From: an uncultured Pelagibacteraceae bacterium
Lineage (GTDB): Bacteria; Pseudomonadota; Alphaproteobacteria; Pelagibacterales; Pelagibacteraceae
Length of the DNA stretch: 64,000 nucleotides
Direction: 5' to 3'
Assembly (NCBI GenBank): GCA_902589765.1
Contig: CACIUF010000002.1
Span: 47,984 to 111,983 of the forward strand
Numbering within the stretch: position 1 is the first letter of the stretch; the number at the start of each line of letters is the position of its first letter. This document shows positions 28,162 to 41,213 of the stretch, piece after piece. A model generated the notes under the pieces. That model was not told where the DNA came from and ran no database searches. It was given only the letters and a program-made list of their open reading frames with translations. The translations under genes were made by a program, and so were the position numbers.

Positions 28162-29937
28162 TTAAACTTTTAAAGGAAGAACTTTAAGCAATATCTTATT
28201 TCTCATCCAATCAATATTAAGCTTATTCAGAGCTGTTATTATAAAATAAATTGTATCTTCATCTATTCTGTCAATTTCATCTTGTCCGATCACTTCAGCG
28301 ATTCTCAAAAGTGCTAAACCAGTTTCACTATTATTAATCATAATTTGTATGTCTGTAGGAATTTCATTTTCATCAATTTGATACAAATCATCGTATTTTT
28401 CTGAAATTTCAATTCCATCATATCTTAACGACTCTAAAAATATAACATCTTTTTTAGATAGAAAATATTTTTTGTTTTTTTTTATCTTTTTTAAAAAATT
28501 ATTTGTGTCTTTAGAAATTTTGGAACTAGCATAATCACCGTTAAAGTAATTAATTAGTTTTGATTGATGCATTATATCATTGTTAAACTTAATTTTTTTA
28601 TCTTCATCCTTTTCAATTTGAATATTTGTATAATAAAAACTGGTTAAATTATCTGGTATATCTACTGGATTAATTTTCTCAAGAAAGATTTTCAATTCTA
28701 AATCAAACGCTTTATCTAAATCATCATCTTTAAAGGAATTTTTTAATACTTTTAATAACTTTAATTTTTCTACCATTTCTGACTCGAGTAAAATTTTCTG
28801 ATAAATTAGAGCCCTCCCTTCAATTTTAGAGAGTTTTCTATATTCATTTTGAGCATTGAGAAGTTGATTAAAATTAAATTGGAATCTTTTATATAAATTA
28901 AATAATTCTTTTTCTGGATAATTTTTATCATGAACAGCTTTTTCTATGGTTCCTATTTTCTCAATTTCCGAAACATCAATTCGTTTAAATGAACCTAGTA
29001 AATTTGCAGATGAAAGATATTTCCAAATTATTTTTTTAGTTTTATTGTTAGGTTCGAAATTAAAATTAGGATTTGTTTGATGAGCTAAGAAAAAATCAAA
29101 TATTGATTTTTCAGATACTGAATCATCTATTTTTTTTGTGTATTTTAGTAAATAATTTATTTTTTTTTCGAAATATTCATCTTTAAAGCCTGTTTCTTTT
29201 TTTAAATCTAAAATTAATTGTGCTTCCTCTCTTTTATTATTTTTAATCAAACAATAGATGTTAAATTTAGATAAATACTCATCTGTAATCAATTCATTAT
29301 TTTTTGAAAAAACACTGCAAGCTTTGTCAATTTTTGAATTAGAGAGATGTTCATCCACAAGATGTTTTGTGAGTTCTGGATGTAAATTAATTATTTGATT
29401 TTGAATTAAATATTCTTCGATTAAATCTAGGTTTGAGTTTTTTATTAACCAATCTGACTTTAATTTTAGAAATTCGTTTTCTGATATATTTTTTTTGGGA
29501 CTACGAGCATTAATTAAGAGTGAAGTATTAATGATTTCAATTGCATCATTAGAAAGATCCATCTTATTTAGTTTTGTAAGCAAATTTTCTAATTGGTCTC
29601 CATCTGAATTAGCCCACATATCTACATTGAGACCATAGTCTTCAGGGTCATATAATCCGAATATTTTAATTTCTTTTGTATCAAACTTTTCATCAAGATT
29701 AATAATTGATTTTTGATTTTGATTTTGCATTCCAAACACACTTGGCTGGATACTCTCTTGTAATATATTTTCCCCATTTGAAATTTCTGAATTGTTGGTT
29801 GTATTTTTTTCTTCAATTTCTTTTTTATCTATATTCCAAATATCAACTGGTTTTTCTTCTGCATTAGCAATAGAAGTGAAAAATAAAAAAAATAAAATTA
29901 AAAAATTTTTTTTATTTAACAATTTTAAAATTTTCAT
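28162..29937 (-). CDS. Exported hypothetical protein, 591 aa, alpha-helical
   Basis: Signal peptide ending IANA-EE; GL..P...GL..DMW motif; no function recognised. Confidence 0.75.
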   Translation of the reverse strand: MKILKLLNKKNFLILFFLFFTSIANAEEKPVDIWNIDKKEIEEKNTTNNSEISNGENILQESIQPSVFGMQNQNQKSIINLDEKFDTKEIKIFGLYDPEDYGLNVDMWANSDGDQLENLLTKLNKMDLSNDAIEIINTSLLINARSPKKNISENEFLKLKSDWLIKNSNLDLIEEYLIQNQIINLHPELTKHLVDEHLSNSKIDKACSVFSKNNELITDEYLSKFNIYCLIKNNKREEAQLILDLKKETGFKDEYFEKKINYLLKYTKKIDDSVSEKSIFDFFLAHQTNPNFNFEPNNKTKKIIWKYLSSANLLGSFKRIDVSEIEKIGTIEKAVHDKNYPEKELFNLYKRFQFNFNQLLNAQNEYRKLSKIEGRALIYQKILLESEMVEKLKLLKVLKNSFKDDDLDKAFDLELKIFLEKINPVDIPDNLTSFYYTNIQIEKDEDKKIKFNNDIMHQSKLINYFNGDYASSKISKDTNNFLKKIKKNKKYFLSKKDVIFLESLRYDGIEISEKYDDLYQIDENEIPTDIQIMINNSETGLALLRIAEVIGQDEIDRIDEDTIYFIITALNKLNIDWMRNKILLKVLPLKV

Positions 29938-30091
29938 TAGGAATAGTTTTATCTATATCTTTTTTAGGAGCTGGAAAATCAATCTTGTTCAGTAAAAAAA
30001 TAATTAAAAAAAAGACAAGCAAAAGTAAAACTAATTTAGTTACAATACCCACAATACTTCGGCTTGAACTTGTTTTTTTTATAAATTGCAT
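29912..30091 (-). CDS. 59-aa single-pass membrane protein (not in ORF track)
   Basis: MQFIKKTSSSRSIVGIVTKLVLLLLVFFLIIFLLNKIDFPAPKKDIDKTIPNENFKIVK*; overlaps the start of the 591-aa gene. Confidence 0.7.
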   Translation of the reverse strand: MQFIKKTSSSRSIVGIVTKLVLLLLVFFLIIFLLNKIDFPAPKKDIDKTIPNENFKIVK

Positions 30092-30148
30092 ATACTTTTA
30101 ACTAATTTCAAATTAAGACATATTTGTGGTTTTTCAATAAAGAAAATT

Positions 30149-30652
30149 ATGAAATCTGATAGAAATATTGTTTTTTTAGGTATGATGGGATCCGGTAAAA
30201 CATCTATCGGATTTTTAGTTTCAAAAAAACTAAAATTAGATTTTTATGATGTTGACCATTACATAGAAAATAAGCTTAAAATGAAAATTTCAAATATATT
30301 CAAAAACAAAGGTGAAAAATTTTTCAGAGAATACGAGGAAAAAATTACTTTAGAACTCATGAAAATTAAAGGAATAGTAGTTTCTCTGGGTGGTGGCGCT
30401 TTTTTAAATAAAAACATAAGAAACGAAGTTTTAAAGAACCACATATCTTTTTGGCTTAAAACCAAGGATGATATTTTAATCCAAAGAATAAAAAAAAGTG
30501 CTAAAAGACCATTAGCTTATAATGTTTCTAATAGTGACCTACAAAATATGATAAAAAATCGTAATAAATATTATGCAAAAGCGCAAAATAAAATTGATTG
30601 TCACAATAAAACTAAAAAAGAAATTGTAGATAGAATTTTAGATATTATATGA
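30149..30652 (+). CDS. aroK: Shikimate kinase
   Basis: GMMGSGKT P-loop, GE..FR..E, SLGGG, RPL; start at ATG 30149. Confidence 0.95.
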   Translation: MKSDRNIVFLGMMGSGKTSIGFLVSKKLKLDFYDVDHYIENKLKMKISNIFKNKGEKFFREYEEKITLELMKIKGIVVSLGGGAFLNKNIRNEVLKNHISFWLKTKDDILIQRIKKSAKRPLAYNVSNSDLQNMIKNRNKYYAKAQNKIDCHNKTKKEIVDRILDII

Positions 30653-31755
30653 AACCAATTAAATTGATAATTAAGACTAATTCTGAAAAATATCCAATAT
30701 TTATTGGAAAAAATCTTATTACAAAAATATCAAGTTTGATGGTCAATAATTCCATTAAATCAAAAAAATGTTTATTGGTAGTTGACAGAAAAGTTCCTAA
30801 AAAATTTATTTCTGAAATTAAAAAAAAACTACGGAGTCAAAAAATATTTTTATTCAATTTTAATGCCAACGAAAAAAATAAGAACCAAACTACTATAAAT
30901 TCAATTTTAGAAATTTTATTGAATAAAAATTTTTCTAGAGAGGATAGTTTGTTAGCAATAGGGGGAGGTATAACTGGAGACGTTGGTGGTTTTGCTGCAA
31001 GTTTATTTAAAAGAGGATTACATTTTATAAATATTCCCACAACTCTTTTGGCTCAAGTAGACTCATCGATTGGTGGCAAAACAGGAGTAAATTCTAAGTA
31101 TGGAAAAAATCTCATTGGTAGCTTCTATCAACCAAAATTAGTCATAAGTGACATAGATACTTTAAAAACACTTAATAGAAGAGAAATTGTTTGTGGGTAT
31201 GGTGAAATTCTAAAACACTCTATAATCTCTAAAAAAAAATTCTTTAAATATTTAGATCATAATTTTGATGACGTTATTAAACTTAAATCTCCTTATATAG
31301 AAAAGGCGATATTTGAGAGTTGTAAAATTAAAAAAGATGTAGTTGAAAAAGATGAAAAAGAAAGCAACTTAAGAAAAAAATTAAATTTTGGTCACACTTT
31401 TGGTCACTCATTTGAAGCTTCATTAGGATATTCTAAAAGATTAAATCATGGTGAAGCTGTTATTTTAGGAATGATGATGGCTTTAAAATTTAGCAATAAG
31501 AATAAATTTCTAAATATTAATGATTATAAATTAATTTCTGAACATTACGAAAACTCAAAATTACCCTCGGATATTAAAAAATATTTTAAAAATAAAGATC
31601 TTGATAAAATTATTAAATTTATGAAAACTGATAAAAAAAATAATTCTGATAAAATAAAGTTGGTATTATTAAAAAAAATGGGCCAAACAATTTTAAATCA
31701 AGAATACTCGGTAAAAAATTTAATTGGATTCTTAAAAAATGAATTAATTGATTAA
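30649..31755 (+). CDS. aroB: 3-dehydroquinate synthase
   Basis: GGG..GD..GF, PTTLLAQVDSSIGGKTG, LNFGHTFGH, HGEAV. Confidence 0.97.
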   Translation: MKPIKLIIKTNSEKYPIFIGKNLITKISSLMVNNSIKSKKCLLVVDRKVPKKFISEIKKKLRSQKIFLFNFNANEKNKNQTTINSILEILLNKNFSREDSLLAIGGGITGDVGGFAASLFKRGLHFINIPTTLLAQVDSSIGGKTGVNSKYGKNLIGSFYQPKLVISDIDTLKTLNRREIVCGYGEILKHSIISKKKFFKYLDHNFDDVIKLKSPYIEKAIFESCKIKKDVVEKDEKESNLRKKLNFGHTFGHSFEASLGYSKRLNHGEAVILGMMMALKFSNKNKFLNINDYKLISEHYENSKLPSDIKKYFKNKDLDKIIKFMKTDKKNNSDKIKLVLLKKMGQTILNQEYSVKNLIGFLKNELID

Positions 31756-32004
31756 AATTTGAATAGAGTGAATATATTTTTTTAATTCTTCATTTAAAAT
31801 TTTGTAAATCTTTTTATCACTATCGATTCTTTTCATTTGTTTAAGTTCTTTTGATACTAAAGAAATTTTAAGATGAAATTTACCTGACTGATTTCCAGCG
31901 TGATTTTTATGGAGAAAAGATTTATCTTCAATTAGAATACTCTCCAAAGCAATTTGATTTTGTAATTTTTTTTTTACGATTGCAATTAAATCATTTATAT
32001 TCAT
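31744..32004 (-). CDS. bolA: BolA family protein
   Basis: D.S.LH..H.G, H....IS..L....RI, L.EEL...IHS..I. Confidence 0.82.
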   Translation of the reverse strand: MNINDLIAIVKKKLQNQIALESILIEDKSFLHKNHAGNQSGKFHLKISLVSKELKQMKRIDSDKKIYKILNEELKKYIHSIQILIN

Positions 32005-32022
32005 AAGTATAATTATATTATC

Positions 32023-32556
32023 ATGAAAAATATTTGCGACTGGAATAATTGTAAAGAAATTGGTGAATATAAAGCGCCTGTTGAAAAGGATAATAGTAAA
32101 AAATATAGGATGTTATGTTTAGAACATGTTAAAGAATTTAATAAAAATTGGAACTATTTTTCCGGTATGAATGATGATCAAGTAATTAATTTTTTAAAAT
32201 CAGATATGATTTGGCATAAACCTACTCAAAGTTTTAGTTCGTCTGATAATTTTTTTAAAGTTTTATGGAATAACACTTTAAAAGATGAAATGGATAATGA
32301 TAAATTTAAAAGTGAATTCAATCATATGCGTCAATTTAAATTTGACCATAAAGATATTAAAGCCTTTAGTATATTGGGTGTTTCCGTAGGTTTAAAATGG
32401 CAAAAAGTTCAAGAAAAATTCAAAACACTTGTCAAAAAATTTCACCCTGATATGAATGCCGGAAATAAAAAATATGAAGAAAAACTAAAGTTAATCACTT
32501 TAGCTTACACGCAACTAAAGAATACATATAGGAAAAAAATTGACACCCAATCTTAA
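32023..32556 (+). CDS. J-domain (DnaJ-like) protein
   Basis: C-terminal J domain with HPD; N-terminal C...C/CLEH putative metal site; typical of the gene upstream of cobS. Confidence 0.85.
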   Translation: MKNICDWNNCKEIGEYKAPVEKDNSKKYRMLCLEHVKEFNKNWNYFSGMNDDQVINFLKSDMIWHKPTQSFSSSDNFFKVLWNNTLKDEMDNDKFKSEFNHMRQFKFDHKDIKAFSILGVSVGLKWQKVQEKFKTLVKKFHPDMNAGNKKYEEKLKLITLAYTQLKNTYRKKIDTQS

Positions 32557-33514
32557 CATTCAGCCAGATATTAAAATTTCATTAAAACAATCATTTGGGA
32601 TTGATTCTGAGATGGAAGTAGACGCTTTCTCTAAAAAAAGCGAATATGTTCCAGAAATAGATAAAAATTATAAATTTGATAGAGATACTACACTTGCAAT
32701 TGTCTCTGGATTTGCACACAATAAAAGAGTTCTAGTGCAAGGTTATCATGGTACAGGAAAATCCACACATATAGAACAAATTGCTGCTAGATTAAATTGG
32801 CCCTGTATAAGAGTAAACTTAGATAGCCACATCAGCAGAATAGATCTAATTGGAAAAGATGCTATCGTTCTTAAAGAGGGAAAACAAGTTACACAATTTA
32901 ATGAGGGTATTTTACCATGGTCAATTCAAAATCCAGTAGCTTTAGTTTTTGATGAGTATGACGCTGGAAGACCTGATGTAATGTTTGTCATTCAAAGAGT
33001 TCTTGAAGCTGAAGGTAACTTTACACTCCTAGACAAAAATAAGGTCATAAAGCAAAATAAATTTTTTAGATTATTTGCTACATCAAATACAGTCGGTTTA
33101 GGAGATACCACTGGACTTTATCATGGAACACAGCAAATCAATCAAGGTCAAATGGATAGATGGAATATTGTAACAACACTTAATTACCTTAGTCTAGATA
33201 AAGAAATGGATATCATATTAGCGAAAAATAAATCTTTAAATAATCCCAAAGGAAAAGAAAAAGTTTCAAATATGATAAAAGTTGCATCCTTAACTCGAAA
33301 AGGATTTATAGCTGGCGACATAAGTACTGTGATGAGTCCAAGAACTGTATTGCATTGGGCTGAAAATACAGAAATTTTTAAAGATGTAGGTTACGCATTT
33401 AGAGTCACTTTTCTAAATAAATGTGATGAAATTGAAAAAAATACAATTGCTGAATATTATCAAAGATGTTTCGGAGAAGAACTACCTGAGTCACTCGCAA
33501 ATATTCAAATTTAA
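32540..33514 (+). CDS. cobS: CobS-family AAA+ ATPase
   Basis: GYHGTGKS Walker [41 protein letters not shown]. Confidence 0.92.
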   Translation: MTPNLNIQPDIKISLKQSFGIDSEMEVDAFSKKSEYVPEIDKNYKFDRDTTLAIVSGFAHNKRVLVQGYHGTGKSTHIEQIAARLNWPCIRVNLDSHISRIDLIGKDAIVLKEGKQVTQFNEGILPWSIQNPVALVFDEYDAGRPDVMFVIQRVLEAEGNFTLLDKNKVIKQNKFFRLFATSNTVGLGDTTGLYHGTQQINQGQMDRWNIVTTLNYLSLDKEMDIILAKNKSLNNPKGKEKVSNMIKVASLTRKGFIAGDISTVMSPRTVLHWAENTEIFKDVGYAFRVTFLNKCDEIEKNTIAEYYQRCFGEELPESLANIQI

Positions 33515-35314
33515 ATGAAAAATAATAAGGCTGAAAACTTAAGAGAAAAACTTAAGCAAGCTTTAACTTCAACAGCTAGAGTGATTTCTGATGATATTCA
33601 TCTAAAAACTAATGATGAAAAAAACAAAAAAGATATGAATTTTGTTGATATTGAAAATCTTAATTCGAAAGGAGATTTCATTAAAGCCAGAGCAGAGTCC
33701 GACTCATCTGCTTTAAAAAAAAAATTTTCAAATGATGAGATTTATAAAAAGAATTTACCTTTAAATTCCTCATATAAATCTCTTTATTCTATCGCAGAAA
33801 AAGTAAGATATGAATGCCTAGGCTCAAAAATGTTAAAAGGTATAGCAAAAAATCTTAAAGAAAATTATGATCAAATAATCCAATTAAAAAGAAAAGACCA
33901 ATTAAATTCAAAAGAAGATGTTCCGGTTGTGGAAGCTTTTGAATTGTACATGTTAAAAAAATTTTTAAACGTTAAATTAAATACATTAACCGGTAATATG
34001 TTAGATTTTTGGGAAAAAGACTTCGATAAAGTAATGAACAAGCACATCGAATTTTTAAAAGAAAACTTAGAATATCAAAATGAATATTCCTCAAAGTTTT
34101 CAGAAATATTACAAGAAATGAATATTTTTAAAAATGAGGACAATGAAGAAACCAGGGAAGAAAACCAAGATGATGGTCAAAATAATCCTTCTAATGATGA
34201 CCAAGACAACAATTCAGATGACTCTAGAGATGAAAATGACAATGAAGAGACTGAAGCGAGCTTAGACTCTGAATATGACATAGATGAATACAAACTTGAT
34301 GAGCAATTAATTGATAGTGAATCTGATCAAAAAAATAACGAACAAGTTATTCAAAAAAAATCAATTAATGATTTAAATACAGACTATAAGATCTTTACAA
34401 CTCAGTTTGATGAAATAACAAAAGCAGAAAATTTAGAAAACTCTGATGAAGCTTCAAAATTAAGAAAAACTTTAGATCAACAATTAATAGGTTTTCAAGA
34501 TGTCATCACCAAACTTGCGAACAAACTTCAAAGACAATTGTTGGCAAAACAAAATAGGGCTTGGGAATTTGATTTAGAGGAAGGGTTATTGGATAGTTCA
34601 AAATTACCAAGAATAATAATGGATCCTTATAATTCATTATCATTTAAAAAAGAAAAAGATTTAGATTTTAAAGACACTGTCGTTACCCTTTTAATAGATA
34701 ATTCAGGATCTATGAGAGGACGTCCAATTACAATTGCTGCGATTTGCGCTGATATTTTATCAAGGACCCTGGAGAGATGTTCTGTTAAAGTTGAAATATT
34801 AGGTTTCACAACTAAAAATTGGAAAGGTGGAAAAAGTAGAGAATTTTGGAATAAAGAGGGTAAACCAAAAACGCCAGGTAGATTAAATGATTTAAGACAC
34901 ATAATTTATAAAGGGGCTGATACACATTGGCGACAATGTAAAAATAATCTTGGTTTAATGTTAAAAGAAGGATTATTAAAAGAAAATATTGATGGAGAAG
35001 CAATTTCTTGGGCATTTAATAGATTAAAAAAAAGAAAAGAAGAAAGAAAAATATTAATGGTAATTTCTGATGGTGCGCCAGTTGATGATTCAACTCTGTC
35101 AGTCAATTCAGGAGATTTTCTTGAAAAACATTTAAAGAAAATTGTGAAATTTATCGAAGAAAAAACTGAAACTGAAATTTTAGCGATTGGAATAGGCCAT
35201 GATGTATCAAGATACTATAATCGAGCAATAAAGATTACAGATGTCAATGAATTGGGAGATGTCATGATTTCTCAATTGAGTGAACTTTTTAAAAGTAAAA
35301 AAAACTTACATTAA
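33515..35314 (+). CDS. cobT: CobT-family VWA-domain protein
   Basis: Acidic linker, [42 protein letters not shown]. Confidence 0.92.
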   Translation: MKNNKAENLREKLKQALTSTARVISDDIHLKTNDEKNKKDMNFVDIENLNSKGDFIKARAESDSSALKKKFSNDEIYKKNLPLNSSYKSLYSIAEKVRYECLGSKMLKGIAKNLKENYDQIIQLKRKDQLNSKEDVPVVEAFELYMLKKFLNVKLNTLTGNMLDFWEKDFDKVMNKHIEFLKENLEYQNEYSSKFSEILQEMNIFKNEDNEETREENQDDGQNNPSNDDQDNNSDDSRDENDNEETEASLDSEYDIDEYKLDEQLIDSESDQKNNEQVIQKKSINDLNTDYKIFTTQFDEITKAENLENSDEASKLRKTLDQQLIGFQDVITKLANKLQRQLLAKQNRAWEFDLEEGLLDSSKLPRIIMDPYNSLSFKKEKDLDFKDTVVTLLIDNSGSMRGRPITIAAICADILSRTLERCSVKVEILGFTTKNWKGGKSREFWNKEGKPKTPGRLNDLRHIIYKGADTHWRQCKNNLGLMLKEGLLKENIDGEAISWAFNRLKKRKEERKILMVISDGAPVDDSTLSVNSGDFLEKHLKKIVKFIEEKTETEILAIGIGHDVSRYYNRAIKITDVNELGDVMISQLSELFKSKKNLH

Positions 35315-36579
35315 AGATTAAACAAATCTTTATTTTTCCACTTTATTGTCACTTCAGCCCCACTTCTTGTTTGAGAATTCCAACAATTAACAGTGGCAAG
35401 ATTTTTTTCTAATAAAGTCTTTCCTATAAATAATCCTAAACCTAATCCACTATTTTTATCAGATGATTTTAGATAAGGTTCTCCAATTTTTGATAAAATA
35501 TCGCTTGGATATCCATCACCATCATCTTCAATTGTAATTTCTGTAAAATCATTATCACTTTTCAAATTTATAAAAACTTTGCTTTTACTAAACTTATTCG
35601 CATTGCCAATAAAATTTCTTAATCCATAAACTATTTCAATCGATCTATAAATTTTCTTTGAATTTAAATCATGTTCTAAATTAAGACTAAATTCTTTTTT
35701 ACTTGTTTCCTTAAATGATGAAATAATTTGTCTTAAATATTCTCTCATTGATAAGTCCTCATCAATAAATTCGTCCTCCTGATCAGGATTTAAAGATAAT
35801 TTTTTTAATATGTCATTACACCTTTCAACTTGACTTAATAACAATTTAATATCTTGTGAAACATCTTTTTGATCTTTTAGTTGTTTTGATAATTCCTGAG
35901 TAATTACCTTTATTGTTGATAAGGGTGTCCCTAATGAATGCGCAGCTGCAGCAGCTTGTCCACCTAAAGATAACATCTCATGCTCTTTAGCCATAATTTC
36001 TTCCATTTTATTTAGAGCATCTTTCCTTAACTTGCTTTCAGCACCAAATATAATTGCAAAATAATTTAAAAAAAAAAGAGCAATTATTAAAGATAAAGGA
36101 ATTGCATAGATATAATAATTACTTACATGAAAGTGATCACTTAAGGGTCCGGGCAAGTCTTTTGAAACAAAGGTTAAGCCTACAATAGATAAAGTGGTTA
36201 ATAATACCAATAGCGAATTAGTTTTAAAACTCAAATTTGATGAAGCAAAGACACTTGGTATTATTAAAAAAATGATAAATGGATTTTTCACACCCCCTGT
36301 AAGATAAATCAATCCAGATAATTGAATTATATCAATGAGCAAATGAATAAATGCTGATCTATCTGTTAATTGCGTTTTTTTGTAGATAAAAATTAAGTAA
36401 AGATTACTAATTATTCCAATAGAAATAAATAAATTTGCAAAGATAAAGTTGAAATCAAAATTTAAATAAAAATATACTAGATATACCGATATTAATTGAC
36501 CTATAATACCAATCCACCTTAAATTTATATAAATTGATTTTTTTAAAGAATATTGTTTAGAAGTTTCAAAAAACTTCAT
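35311..36579 (-). CDS. regB: RegB/PrrB/ActS redox sensor histidine kinase
   Basis: LRW.., quinone motif GGVKNPF, H-box [12 protein letters not shown], redox Cys (ERC), [12 protein letters not shown]. Confidence 0.9.
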   Translation of the reverse strand: MKFFETSKQYSLKKSIYINLRWIGIIGQLISVYLVYFYLNFDFNFIFANLFISIGIISNLYLIFIYKKTQLTDRSAFIHLLIDIIQLSGLIYLTGGVKNPFIIFLIIPSVFASSNLSFKTNSLLVLLTTLSIVGLTFVSKDLPGPLSDHFHVSNYYIYAIPLSLIIALFFLNYFAIIFGAESKLRKDALNKMEEIMAKEHEMLSLGGQAAAAAHSLGTPLSTIKVITQELSKQLKDQKDVSQDIKLLLSQVERCNDILKKLSLNPDQEDEFIDEDLSMREYLRQIISSFKETSKKEFSLNLEHDLNSKKIYRSIEIVYGLRNFIGNANKFSKSKVFINLKSDNDFTEITIEDDGDGYPSDILSKIGEPYLKSSDKNSGLGLGLFIGKTLLEKNLATVNCWNSQTRSGAEVTIKWKNKDLFNL

Positions 36580-36581
36580 TT

Positions 36582-38645
<2,064 letters not shown>

Positions 38646-38664
38646 TTATTTTACGGAAAAATTA

Positions 38665-38673
38665 ATTATATCA
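38665..38673 (-). promoter_or_regulatory. Extended -10 element upstream of gyrB
   Basis: TGATATAAT (TGn-TATAAT) 22 nt before the ATG. Confidence 0.5.
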
Positions 38674-38756
38674 TTTTTTACACTAAATTGCTCATTTAAT
38701 AATTTTATCAATTAACAAAAAATGTCAAATTGACCGCATAAAATATAGATTATTTA

Positions 38757-38846
38757 TGGCGGAGAGAATGGGATTCGAACCCATGAAAGAGTTACCCCTT
38801 TACACGCTTTCCAAGCGTGCGCCTTCAACCACTCGGCCACCTCTCC
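38757..38846 (-). tRNA. tRNA-Ser(GGA)
   Basis: GGAGAGG/TCTCTCC-G-CCA acceptor; anticodon loop TTGGAAA; long variable arm; GGTTCGAATCC. Confidence 0.96.
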
Positions 38847-39871
38847 TACAAAATTTCATTATCAACAATTTTTGAAAATGAATGTATAAAATCCTTTTTT
38901 TTAGGTAAAATATTTAGTTTCATCTCTTTTTGAATTAAGTTGTAGTTTTGTTTAATTAAATTAAGAGTTTTCAAAAAATTTTCTGGATTCCTTTCCGAAA
39001 CAAATATTCCTTTTTTGTTCCCGACAATATGTTCTATATCGTTAAAAATTATGACAGGTCTCAATCTAGATAATGCCTCCAATAATACCATTGGGTGCCC
39101 CTCTGTAAAAGATGGAAGAATAAATACATCACATTTGTCGTAAAAGTTAATTAATTTTTGTTGATCTGTTTCTATTGAATACATTTTAATTTTTTTATAC
39201 TTCAGTTTTTTATGGTCCCGATTTGAGCCAACTATTGTAAGAAATATGTTACTATTTAAAGATACTAAAAGATTATCCAATGAGTATATCCCTTTTTCAA
39301 CTTTTACTCTTCCAATATACAAAAGATTAATGTTATCAACATTTTTTTCAAAGGCATTTTTAATCCAATTATCATCAAGTTCTGAGGGTTGGACAACAAA
39401 ACCCTTTTTTTCCATTAAAATATGTTTCCGACAACTTATTAAAATACTTTTTTTAGAAATATAATTAAACATAATATTGTAAATTATTGAACCCATTGAG
39501 CCAATTATCTTTTTATATTCTTCATGACCATTACTTCTTAGATATGTAAAAATTTTTTTATTAAAAAAAATTAATATACAAGCTGATAAAAAAGTAAATG
39601 GAGTAATTGACAAAATTAAATAAACCGAATTGTTTTTATTTCTTTCTTTAAAAATTCTTAAAATGTAAGAAAAAATATTAGAATAAATATTTATACTTTT
39701 TGTTTCAAGCTGATGAGCCTGTTCGATTTGACTTTTCCTACCAATAATTTCAACTTTAAAATTGTTACTTAATTCATCTGGTAGAGACTTTTCTGCAATA
39801 TTATCACAACTAAATTTACCATCTGAATTAAAAAATTTCTCATTGGTGACAATTACTAATTTTTTTTTCAT
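38846..39871 (-). CDS. Glycosyltransferase family 4 (GT-B)
   Basis: [27 protein letters not shown] (EX7E); start at ATG 39871 (TGATG overlap). Confidence 0.88.
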   Translation of the reverse strand: MKKKLVIVTNEKFFNSDGKFSCDNIAEKSLPDELSNNFKVEIIGRKSQIEQAHQLETKSINIYSNIFSYILRIFKERNKNNSVYLILSITPFTFLSACILIFFNKKIFTYLRSNGHEEYKKIIGSMGSIIYNIMFNYISKKSILISCRKHILMEKKGFVVQPSELDDNWIKNAFEKNVDNINLLYIGRVKVEKGIYSLDNLLVSLNSNIFLTIVGSNRDHKKLKYKKIKMYSIETDQQKLINFYDKCDVFILPSFTEGHPMVLLEALSRLRPVIIFNDIEHIVGNKKGIFVSERNPENFLKTLNLIKQNYNLIQKEMKLNILPKKKDFIHSFSKIVDNEIL

Positions 39872-40518
39872 CAAAAATGTATTACTCCACATTTATTTCC
39901 TATAACTTTATAAGTATAAGAGTTTGATTTTACAAATTCATAAAAAGCCTGGTGAGCACCATCCCAAGAATTATTATTTTTTACATCGTCAACAATTATA
40001 ATTCCGCCAGCTACCATATATTTTTTTAAATTATTTAGAGCAATCAACGTTGGTTTATATAAGTCAACATCTAAAATAACCAGCTTCACAGGTGAGATAG
40101 AATTAAAATCAAATTTTTTGATATCAGCTTTTATTGGTTGAACAAAATCAAAATTTATAAAATTTTTTTTCCATCTATCAAAATTATTGTAACTAAAACC
40201 AACTAATTCCTTTTTATTTTTTTTTCTATTTTGTATTTCAAAATCAATATCTTCCTTTTCAAAAGAAACAAAAGTATCAATACAATAAAACTTTTCTTTA
40301 TAATTCTGATTTTTTAAATGTTCACAGATAAATCTTGAGGTCATTCCACGCGCTACACCAATTTCACATATTGAACCTTTTATATTTTTAATTTTTTCAA
40401 TAGAGACTATAATTTCAGAAAGTTGAATTGGTTCTAAATTATAAGAGTAAGCTGGGGCTCCAAAAGGGGTGAAGTTAAAAATAAATTTTTTAATACTTTC
40501 AATAAAAAGTTTTTTCAT
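39871..40518 (-). CDS. TylF/MycF-like SAM-dependent O-methyltransferase
   Basis: G.ICEIGV.RG.TS, DTF, LD.DLY.PT, GG.I..DD. Confidence 0.82.
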   Translation of the reverse strand: MKKLFIESIKKFIFNFTPFGAPAYSYNLEPIQLSEIIVSIEKIKNIKGSICEIGVARGMTSRFICEHLKNQNYKEKFYCIDTFVSFEKEDIDFEIQNRKKNKKELVGFSYNNFDRWKKNFINFDFVQPIKADIKKFDFNSISPVKLVILDVDLYKPTLIALNNLKKYMVAGGIIIVDDVKNNNSWDGAHQAFYEFVKSNSYTYKVIGNKCGVIHF

Positions 40519-40526
40519 CTGAAGAT

Positions 40527-41204
40527 TTAATTAGTTTTCTTTCTAACAACTAAATTATTTTGAAAATACTCAATTTTCAAATAATCAGAATATAAAGACA
40601 AGAATTTTTCAATACCCTGATATGATTGGATATTTCGATTTTCATCATGTTGTAAAAAATCATCAAAAAAGATTAATCCGTCATCTTTAAGAATTTTAAA
40701 TGCCTCGATAGCATCAGAAAGAATGTCTTCACCATTGTGGGAACCATCAATATAAATAAAGTCAAAGCACTTTTTTTGATTATATAACTTTTTCATTGAA
40801 CTCACTGAATCACCTTTCATTTTAACAAAATTAAATTCAAATAGGTTTTTATCAAAATTACTCTCAATTAATTCAAAATTTATTTGGGATAATTCGCTAT
40901 TTTTGGGTGTTGACCAGATATCTAGTAAAAATGCATTTACATTTTTATATTCAGACAAAATATAAAAAGAGGATAATCCTTCAAAACAGCCAACCTCTAG
41001 ATAATTAAAATTTTTATTTTTGTTTTTTGGTAAAAAAAAATTAAATAATTCGAAGTTATTTAAAAACCATCTATTTGAAAATTTTTTGTTTGATAAATTA
41101 TTTTCAAATTTGAGTTTTTTATCTTTGTATATTTTTTTACTTTTTTTTTTTAAAAGTTTAGATTTATAAAAATGAAAAAAATATTTGATTTTTAAAAAAA
41201 ACAT
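40527..41204 (-). CDS. Class I SAM-dependent methyltransferase (Methyltransf_24-like)
   Basis: YLEVGCFEGLS, GDS, FDFIYIDGSH, LK.DG.I.FDD. Confidence 0.85.
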   Translation of the reverse strand: MFFLKIKYFFHFYKSKLLKKKSKKIYKDKKLKFENNLSNKKFSNRWFLNNFELFNFFLPKNKNKNFNYLEVGCFEGLSSFYILSEYKNVNAFLLDIWSTPKNSELSQINFELIESNFDKNLFEFNFVKMKGDSVSSMKKLYNQKKCFDFIYIDGSHNGEDILSDAIEAFKILKDDGLIFFDDFLQHDENRNIQSYQGIEKFLSLYSDYLKIEYFQNNLVVRKKTN

Positions 41205-41213
41205 TTTGTAAAA

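Noticed and set aside
34130-34330. Low-complexity GAT/AAT-rich stretch resembling a repeat
   Set aside because: Encodes the normal acidic linker of CobT
38757-38846. tRNA-Ser as an integrase attachment site
   Set aside because: No duplicated tRNA 3' end and no integrase; the variable genes lie on the 5' side
41141-41151. T11 homopolymer in the island methyltransferase as a phase-variation switch
   Set aside because: A T12 run occurs in core aceF (60669-60680) and long A/T runs are common here; Lys codons in AT-rich DNA explain it
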